Virus record (IMG/VR): IMGVR_UViG_3300022178_000501
Span: 1-24,810 of that record
Origin: a virus
Lineage: Duplodnaviria > Caudoviricetes
Length of the DNA: 24,810 nt
Strand: one strand, 5' to 3'
This document shows, piece by piece, positions 19,015 to 24,810 of this stretch. Under the pieces are notes generated by a model. That model did not search any database. It was not told the origin of the DNA and saw nothing but the letters and a program-made list of their open reading frames with translations. Each line of letters starts with the position of its first letter. Within the stretch, counting starts at the first letter, position 1. The translations under genes were made by a program, and so were the position numbers.

Positions 19015-19023
19015 TATAACTTA

Positions 19024-19848
19024 CTAATTACCATGCACTTTTTCCATTAGCTGTCGCATACGCTCTACAGCTACTTTGTGTTCAGGATTTTTCTGATCAA
19101 AGTATGCGTGGGTAGGGTTGTTATATACGCTATTAATTTCATCTTGCGCGTCTAATCTATTGGCAGCTAAAGTATTATTCTGAGTATTTTGCGTCATATC
19201 TTCAGTTACTTCAGCACCTAAACGTGCAAACAATTTAACTACTGCAGGGTGGTTACCTGCGGATGTATTCATTAAATCCATAATTTCTTGATCACCATAA
19301 ACTTGTAAAGCGCGTTGTGCAGCTTTCATGTTTTTACTGTAATCAAGACCCCAATCCTGTTTCAATGCTGTTTCCGTTTCTTCTTTTTGTGCAGAAAGCA
19401 TTGCAGGTTCGTTTTCTAATTGGTGTTGAATAGCACCAGTTTGATAATTAATCAAAGCATCTACTTGTGATTGATTTAAACCTATTTTATGTGCAACATT
19501 CTTAAATTCATTAAGTTGTGGCTCACCAAAATATTCTGCCATATCATCAGGTACTTTTGTTTCATAAGCTGCAGGCTCATCTGGTCTACCCAGTTTACCG
19601 TACAATTCATTAAAACCTTCCTCATCTTTAGGGATAGGAATACGATTACCCATTTGTTTTTGTTGATGTACTACAGTTTTGGCAAGACTTTCAATATCTT
19701 TAAAGTTTGACAAAGTTGGGTCATTTTTTAAGTCGTCAGGTAGGGTTGATTTCCAATCTAGGTTATCGCCCACTCCTTCAGACCCAAGTACCGTAGTATC
19801 TTGAGTTACCTGTTCTTCGGTGGTAACGGCCTCTGCGTTATCTGACAT
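19024..19848 (-). CDS. Capsid scaffolding / assembly protein (T7 gp9 position)
   Basis: 274 aa, acidic: WKSTLPDDL...LGRPDEPAAY...AHKIGLNQSQ...LKQDWG...GNHPAVVK...HAYFDQKNPEHKVAVERM; directly upstream of the capsid gene. Confidence 0.85.
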   Translation of the reverse strand: MSDNAEAVTTEEQVTQDTTVLGSEGVGDNLDWKSTLPDDLKNDPTLSNFKDIESLAKTVVHQQKQMGNRIPIPKDEEGFNELYGKLGRPDEPAAYETKVPDDMAEYFGEPQLNEFKNVAHKIGLNQSQVDALINYQTGAIQHQLENEPAMLSAQKEETETALKQDWGLDYSKNMKAAQRALQVYGDQEIMDLMNTSAGNHPAVVKLFARLGAEVTEDMTQNTQNNTLAANRLDAQDEINSVYNNPTHAYFDQKNPEHKVAVERMRQLMEKVHGN

Positions 19849-19850
19849 AT

Positions 19851-20087
19851 TTATTCTTTCCTCTCTTTGGTCATTGATTTAATGCGTAGAAAAAGGCTAC
19901 GCTGTCCTTCCTTAAATGCAGTTTCATATGGGTCTTTAGAAAAACTAATTTTATTACCATACGCTGCTTCTAAGTCTTTTAGCACTTCTTCACCCGCAGG
20001 TGATGTAAAACACTGTTTATAATTATTTACAAGTTCAGTGTGTTCTTGGTGCAATTCTTCTAATTGACTAATATTGTTTTTTGACAT
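19851..20087 (-). CDS. Bbp19-like small phage protein
   Basis: 78 aa: YKQCFTSPAGEEVLKDL...DPYETAFKEGQRSL is the pattern of the small protein found between portal and scaffold in BPP-1-like phages. Confidence 0.75.
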   Translation of the reverse strand: MSKNNISQLEELHQEHTELVNNYKQCFTSPAGEEVLKDLEAAYGNKISFSKDPYETAFKEGQRSLFLRIKSMTKERKE

Positions 20088-20227
20088 TATGCCTTTGTTC
20101 CAATTTTAGGAAACCCCTTTTTCATGTTGTCATAATTTTTGGCAGTAATAGTGCTATTTTTTTTACTTCTACTTGTGCCTGATTTTTTTCTTTTATTAAT
20201 ATTATAATATAAACCTTTTTTTGCCAT
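20087..20227 (-). CDS. Small basic protein, 46 aa (below the ORF-track cutoff)
   Basis: MAKKGLYYNINKRKKSGTSRSKKNSTITAKNYDNMKKGFPKIGTKA. It fills the gap exactly, with TAATG stop/start overlaps at both ends (20227 and 20087). Confidence 0.85.
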   Translation of the reverse strand: MAKKGLYYNINKRKKSGTSRSKKNSTITAKNYDNMKKGFPKIGTKA

Positions 20228-21894
20228 TACATTAATTCCTGTTCTGCTTGTGCAGTAGCTTCAGACATAACATCTTGTACATCTGGGTCTGCAACAGCTT
20301 TAGCTGCTTCTGCCTGCATTTTGCCTGTTTGCGCTTGTTGTTGTTGTGCCATTAACATTTGTTGTTCCATAGCTGCTTGTTGTTGCGCTTCACGTTTTTC
20401 TGCAACATCATCCCTAGATATAAGAATAGATTTAGGTACACCAAGCAATGTAGCCCTCATTCTTATAGCTTCATCATGGTTTATATTGTCCATAATAGAT
20501 GGGTCTATTTGTGCAACGTTAGCTGCTAGTTGATATAATTTATCAATAGCTTGTGCTTCTTCCATACGTTGTGAACGTGCCAATGGCCCTACGTATTCAA
20601 TATCCATCTTGGCTTCTTGTATAGAGTCAGGTGGCGGGAGCAACGCACCTGCTCTAAACATAATACCAAAGACACGTTCAATTAGTGGGTTAAGAAATTC
20701 ACTTTGGAATCTTCCTAACGTTGGCCCAAGAAGTCTTTGCATAAGTTCATATCTAACTTGAACCTCTGTTGCAGTCATTTGCGGCCCGTCCTGCAACTGT
20801 AATTGATCTGAATAGTACGCTTGTCTAATTGCAGTTCTTAACTGCCCTTCTTTCATATCTGTAATTTGCCAGTTACTACCAGTTTGTAATGGTTTAATTG
20901 CACCATCATTTCTGATTACTGTAATGCCTGCAGGTGTAGTTCTTACTCTGCCAATGACACCATCATCCTGTACCAAAAGAGGGGGGTCAATTGCTTTTGC
21001 CCATGCTTTTAATCCAATTTCTACAGCTTTGTTTAATGTTTTAATATCAGGTAGCGCGTTGTAACTTGGTGATCTTCCGTAAATTTCACCTGTTGCTTTA
21101 GCCCATCTAGGTACTAAATATGGAAACTCGTTATATCCACCTGTACGTACTTTCATTTTATCTTCTATACAAACATGACAACTATGTATTGGTAGCTTAG
21201 TTGCTGTTTTACCAGTAGCACGTTCGTAATCTGCAGTAGGTTCTACTGCGTGTATAAATGTAAATTCTTTTTCAGGTTTTTGTTTTGCTGCTTCTAATAC
21301 TTTTTCACCAAGATTTTCTTCACCAAATTCTTGTAGTGCTTGTCGCGCAGACATTTTATATTTTCTGTAAACTGTATCAATAAATCCATTATTATTTTCT
21401 TGCACATAAAATTCATTAATGTGTAATGTCCTAAAATGTATTCCACTATCGTTAAATCCATCTTTGTGTTCTTCTACAAATAAACATCCAGTACCAATAG
21501 ATGTTAAATCTAAATACATTTCATGTACTTCAGTATTAAAATTTGCATCATTAAATGCGTCATACATACGTCTAGCAGTATCTTCTAACCACATTTGCGT
21601 ATCGTGATCTTCATTAATAATTTTATCGCGTAATTTAATTGAGAACCAAGGAAGTGATGGGGAAGTAAGTGTTCCTTGTAAACTTGCTGACAACAATGTG
21701 TTTGCTGTAACTGCTGTACTGTCAAATAAAACTTCAGTACGTTTTGTACCTTTTGATCTTACAGTAGTAATGTCTGCCTTACGCGGCATAACATAATCAA
21801 GAATTTCTTGCCAATGGTCTTCCCATGTGCCTCTATTAGACTCCATAGTAACAAGACGTTTCTTTACATAATCAAAAGCTGTTAATTGTTCCAT
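20227..21894 (-). CDS. Portal protein (head-tail connector, T7 gp8-like)
   Basis: 555 aa: WEDHWQEILDYVMP, LFDSTA, PWFS, PYLVPRW...GEIYGRSP...ALPDIKTLN, MTATEV, LGPTLGRFQSEFLNPLIER, YVGPLARSQ, and a Gln-rich tail. Confidence 0.95.
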   Translation of the reverse strand: MEQLTAFDYVKKRLVTMESNRGTWEDHWQEILDYVMPRKADITTVRSKGTKRTEVLFDSTAVTANTLLSASLQGTLTSPSLPWFSIKLRDKIINEDHDTQMWLEDTARRMYDAFNDANFNTEVHEMYLDLTSIGTGCLFVEEHKDGFNDSGIHFRTLHINEFYVQENNNGFIDTVYRKYKMSARQALQEFGEENLGEKVLEAAKQKPEKEFTFIHAVEPTADYERATGKTATKLPIHSCHVCIEDKMKVRTGGYNEFPYLVPRWAKATGEIYGRSPSYNALPDIKTLNKAVEIGLKAWAKAIDPPLLVQDDGVIGRVRTTPAGITVIRNDGAIKPLQTGSNWQITDMKEGQLRTAIRQAYYSDQLQLQDGPQMTATEVQVRYELMQRLLGPTLGRFQSEFLNPLIERVFGIMFRAGALLPPPDSIQEAKMDIEYVGPLARSQRMEEAQAIDKLYQLAANVAQIDPSIMDNINHDEAIRMRATLLGVPKSILISRDDVAEKREAQQQAAMEQQMLMAQQQQAQTGKMQAEAAKAVADPDVQDVMSEATAQAEQELM

Positions 21895-22106
21895 TATGTT
21901 AAAGTTCCCCCCAACATTGTTTTCTTAGTTTCGGCTTCTTCGTCAACTCCCATTCCTGAAGTCAAAATAGTTGCACCTGCTCCTTTTTTCTTAACAGCAA
22001 GCATTTTTGCTTTTTCGTCTGCTACAGCCGCTTCTTTTTCTGCAGTTCTATCTGTAACAGATGTATCTACAGGTGGCGGCATTGCAGGTGATGATTTCAT
22101 ACCCAT
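21894..22106 (-). CDS. Small virion-associated protein (T7 gp6.7/7.3-like position), 70 aa
   Basis: AAGGAGG at 22120-22114 is 7 nt from the ATG at 22106 but only 1 nt from the track's ATG at 22112, so the protein most likely begins MGMKSSPAMPPP. The C-terminus is TILTSGMGV...KTMLGG, and the gene is directly upstream of the portal. Confidence 0.72.
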   Translation of the reverse strand: MGMKSSPAMPPPVDTSVTDRTAEKEAAVADEKAKMLAVKKKGAGATILTSGMGVDEEAETKKTMLGGTLT

Positions 22107-22531
22107 GTGCATTCCTCCTTTAACATTCCGTAGAGGGCTGCATCAATCCATTTACCATCTACTTTCATAGACTTGCGAACAATACCTTCTTTAACAAACC
22201 CTACTCCCGCAAGTAATCTTTCGTTTCTTTTATAGCCATTAACACACATAGCTGTCATTCTACTACATTTACACTGATTAAACGCATAATCAAACATTAA
22301 TCTTATGTTTTCTTTATTGCACACTTTAGGGTCATCTAACGCTAAATGCACAAATATGTTGTGACCATCGTAATCTGAAAAAAGTAAACAACCTAATATT
22401 TCATCTGTATTTTCTTTTACAAACGCAATATGTCTATCGCTTTCTTCCATTCCACGCAGTATATGCGCTTTAGGTGCAAGCCAATCGTACGCGCGTTGTT
22501 TTATATCTGTATCCGCACGAACCATTACCAT
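22097..22531 (-). CDS. GNAT-family N-acyltransferase (RimJ/RimL-like)
   Basis: 144 aa: MFDYAFNQCKCSRMTA...RNERLLAGVGFVKEGIVRKSMKVDGKWIDAALYGMLKEE is the RimJ/RimL-type GNAT C-terminal signature (GFxxEGxxR...D...YGML). Confidence 0.85.
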   Translation of the reverse strand: MVMVRADTDIKQRAYDWLAPKAHILRGMEESDRHIAFVKENTDEILGCLLFSDYDGHNIFVHLALDDPKVCNKENIRLMFDYAFNQCKCSRMTAMCVNGYKRNERLLAGVGFVKEGIVRKSMKVDGKWIDAALYGMLKEECTWV

Positions 22532-22830
22532 TAAGCAGTTCCGTAACTTGTCTTTTTCTTTTTGCCTGCAGAAGATGTGCCACCTAAAACTGTTTTAGAT
22601 GTGTTTGCTTCTTCTTCTACACCGCCTGTGCTAGTCATTACAGTGCTATCGCCACCATAACCAGAACCTAAAGATGCTTTTTTACCATCTGCTGTTTTTG
22701 CTAATGCAGCTTTTGATGTTGCAGGTTCAGGTGTTTTTGCTGCTGTCTGCGCAGGCGCAGGTGCAGGAGGTGGTGGTGCTTTAGGTGTAATACCTAATGC
22801 TTTTGAGATTACTCTAACTACTCCGCCCAT
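22531..22830 (-). CDS. Small Pro/Ala/Lys-rich virion-associated protein, paralogous to 21894..22106
   Basis: 99 aa with AAGGAAGG SD. Amphipathic start MGGVVRVISKALG, a Pro-rich linker and a TVMTSTGGVEEEANTSKTVLGG motif. Confidence 0.72.
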   Translation of the reverse strand: MGGVVRVISKALGITPKAPPPPAPAPAQTAAKTPEPATSKAALAKTADGKKASLGSGYGGDSTVMTSTGGVEEEANTSKTVLGGTSSAGKKKKTSYGTA

Positions 22831-22850
22831 ATTATGTCCTTCCTTTTTAG

Positions 22851-24272
22851 TTATGCAAATACATTAAAACTACTGTCTGAATATAATTGCGTTGGTTCAT
22901 AATTTTTAACCCTAGCTTTTCTGACAGACATAACAGCGTAACGTGTTGCTGAAATGACATCATCATGCTTAAATACGATTTTACCATCCTTACGATGATA
23001 CATCCGTAATTCTTCTAGTAACTTACTCTGATTATTAAATATTTTCAATCTATTAGTCATAAACCTTGTATACATTTCTTGAACACCTGCTTCTACCGAT
23101 ATTCCGCCCGTACCTTCTTTTTGTCCTGCTTGCGGTGAATTAGTAAAATGTTCACGTGTCATACTTACACCTTCATTACGATATTGCTCTGTTAAACTTT
23201 TACCAGAACCTTTATCTGCTTGTCTTCCATCCATAGGCCAAATAACAGGTATCCAATTACCACGCCCTTTTATTGCACTTGCATGTATAGGCACAGCTTC
23301 TTGTGACATTGCATATGTATCGTAAATATAAATAATATCTGAATCTCTATCCCATGCAGCCCATGATGCTGCTGTCGGGTGATCCCAACCAAAATCAAGA
23401 CCACAAATCCTAGGCCAAAACTCAGGTATGTTTATTGGGTCACACACCATATCTGCTTCTGCAATTGGAAATACAAGGCCTGAACCTAATTGTGGTATAC
23501 CTTGCTCACGCATTTTTCTTTCATGTGGTGGTAGCGCAGCTAATATTTGCTGACGCACCTCGGCAGTCATGTGTGGTGCGTCATCCCACCCTGCCTGTAT
23601 AAGAGCCTGCCCGTCCCGTAAGTCGTTAACAAACTGCGCTACAGTTTCAGTCATACCGTTTTCTGGTGTAAATGTCATGTAAACAATACCACCCTTATCT
23701 GCAGTTCTAGTTAACGCTTGAGTATAAATAGATGATGGTGGTTCTTCGTCTAGCCATACTACATCTACAGTTTCACCCATCCATTTTTCTTTGCCCATTT
23801 CATAGGCTTTAAATGCTAATCGTGACCATCCTCCTGACACATGTTTAATAACAAGACTATTCATTGCATTAGGCACGCCTGCTTTACGTACCGTTTCGCC
23901 AATTAATTTTAGCGGTATAGACCCTGTACCCCTAGCACTGGGGTCGTCTGGCTGCCCAACCAGTTCCTTCTGGCATATGTCACGCGTTGTTTCGTTAGAC
24001 GCTCCACCTGCCCACGCCCTAATGGGTCTAGGAAACTTTTTACCTTGCCACCATTCAGGATACAACCCTGTTAAATGATAAGCCATTTCCATTGCACCAG
24101 AAAAAGATTTACCTATACGGTTACCCGCCATAAGTAGTCTTTGTTGTGCTGTAGTATTATGAAATTTTTTTTGATAATCGTACGGTTTGTACCTAGCCAT
24201 CGTATTTGTGGCTTTTCTGTGTTCTAATTCTTTGGCGATCTCTACTGCCCTTGCTAATGCGTTTGCTGTCAT
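22851..24272 (-). CDS. terL: Terminase large subunit (P22 gp2-like)
   Basis: 473 aa: Walker A AGNRIGKS, Walker B VVWLDEEP, coupling motif TFTP, and nuclease motifs GLDFGWDHP and DDVISATRYA. Confidence 0.96.
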   Translation of the reverse strand: MTANALARAVEIAKELEHRKATNTMARYKPYDYQKKFHNTTAQQRLLMAGNRIGKSFSGAMEMAYHLTGLYPEWWQGKKFPRPIRAWAGGASNETTRDICQKELVGQPDDPSARGTGSIPLKLIGETVRKAGVPNAMNSLVIKHVSGGWSRLAFKAYEMGKEKWMGETVDVVWLDEEPPSSIYTQALTRTADKGGIVYMTFTPENGMTETVAQFVNDLRDGQALIQAGWDDAPHMTAEVRQQILAALPPHERKMREQGIPQLGSGLVFPIAEADMVCDPINIPEFWPRICGLDFGWDHPTAASWAAWDRDSDIIYIYDTYAMSQEAVPIHASAIKGRGNWIPVIWPMDGRQADKGSGKSLTEQYRNEGVSMTREHFTNSPQAGQKEGTGGISVEAGVQEMYTRFMTNRLKIFNNQSKLLEELRMYHRKDGKIVFKHDDVISATRYAVMSVRKARVKNYEPTQLYSDSSFNVFA

Positions 24273-24556
24273 AGTTTATACAAATCATCGCTGTGTACCA
24301 TTATCCAAAACCCTTTACGGTTTTTTTCACATAATGCAATAACTGGTGTTTTGTTTTCTGTATCAGCTATTTTTTTAGTTTCATCCCATAACGTTATTGC
24401 TGTGTGTTTGGCACGTAGTTTACATTCAATAAATAGGCTTTCATGTATAACATCTGCACGGGTTATCTTACCGTTGCCACCTGATAATGGTGTACGAACC
24501 CCCCCAAAAAATTTGGCCACGTTTCGTTCTCGTTGTTTCCATGCTTTATCGCCCAT
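24269..24556 (-). CDS. PD-(D/E)XK nuclease, Holliday-junction-resolvase (Hjc)-like
   Basis: W-K-x-x-E-R...SGG...ADV...FIECK matches the E...D...ExK pattern. The ATG at 24556 is preferred to the track's GTG at 24571, which lies inside the predicted promoter. ATGA overlap with terL. Confidence 0.75.
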   Translation of the reverse strand: MGDKAWKQRERNVAKFFGGVRTPLSGGNGKITRADVIHESLFIECKLRAKHTAITLWDETKKIADTENKTPVIALCEKNRKGFWIMVHSDDLYKL

Positions 24557-24562
24557 ATTAGC

Positions 24563-24591
24563 ATCATACACACAACATTAACTTAACGCAA
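24563..24591 (-). promoter_or_regulatory. Putative sigma70-type promoter for the packaging operon
   Basis: TTGCGT (24591-24586), 17-nt spacer, TATGAT (24568-24563). The seventh base downstream is the A of the ATG at 24556. Confidence 0.55.
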
Positions 24592-24684
24592 CTCTCATGT
24601 GATAGCTGTTAACTTAGGTTAATATCTAAATATGCCCTACACTGTGCGGATGAAAGCATTGTATATAACAAGCGGAGGCACTTT

Positions 24685-24711
24685 GGGGGGTGGGGGGTGC
24701 GTTTGGGCGGG
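24685..24711 (+). other. G-tract cluster (G-quadruplex-compatible) in the non-coding region upstream of the packaging genes
   Basis: GGGGGG-T-GGGGGG-TGCGTTT-GGG-C-GGG in an otherwise AT-rich window. The sequence is certain; the function is unknown. Confidence 0.45.
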
Positions 24712-24810
24712 CGCGCTGTGGTAAATGTGTTTCCCCCTGTGTGTATATGTGACATGCGAAGGCTTTTGCTAGGCGTACCTTTACAAGACCGCAGGGATGT
24801 GAGGCCGTAG

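Noticed and set aside
19883-19901. GCGUAG-CCUUUUU-CUACGC hairpin near the end of the Bbp19-like gene
   Set aside because: Only 6 bp, inside coding sequence, and with no following U-tract; not supportable as a terminator.
22097-22531. GNAT toxin-antitoxin module
   Set aside because: Neither neighbour resembles a ribbon-helix-helix antitoxin, and the GNAT is RimJ/RimL-like and embedded in a coupled structural operon.
21894-22830. Ubiquitin-like conjugation system, suggested by the LGG motifs and the E1 FCCH-like inserts in the nozzle
   Set aside because: The small proteins are low-complexity and lack a beta-grasp pattern, no E1/E2/JAB genes are present, and FCCH-like inserts are structural beta domains in phage proteins.
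1-24810. Stop-codon reassignment, tRNA genes, introns or inteins
   Set aside because: Genes tile the strand fully under the standard code, terL and portal are of ordinary length, and no cloverleaf or intein motifs were seen.

Overview
This window is the packaging and virion-structure module of an AT-rich tailed phage (podovirus architecture, T7/BPP-1/APSE-like, resembling uncultured marine pelagiphage-type genomes; the host is an inference). All credible genes are on the minus strand. In transcription order (right to left): PD-(D/E)XK resolvase-like nuclease, P22-type terminase large subunit, a small protein / GNAT acyltransferase / paralogous small protein cassette, portal, an unlisted 46-aa basic peptide, Bbp19-like protein, scaffold, major capsid, cement-like protein, intrinsic terminator, tail tubular proteins A and B, three internal virion (ejection) proteins including a 2367-aa multidomain protein, a T7-type tail fibre, a 125-aa protein, and an unlisted second Ig/glycine-rich fibre running off the left edge. 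The most interesting signals are: (1) a structured leader upstream of the capsid gene with two covarying copies of a C/AUAA internal-loop hairpin; (2) a GNAT sandwiched between two Met-Gly-starting paralogues that share a 24-residue motif, a candidate virion-protein acylation system; (3) enzyme-like motifs in the giant ejection protein; (4) a G-tract cluster and a probable leaderless promoter upstream of the packaging genes. Family assignments come from motif recognition and gene order, not from database searches.
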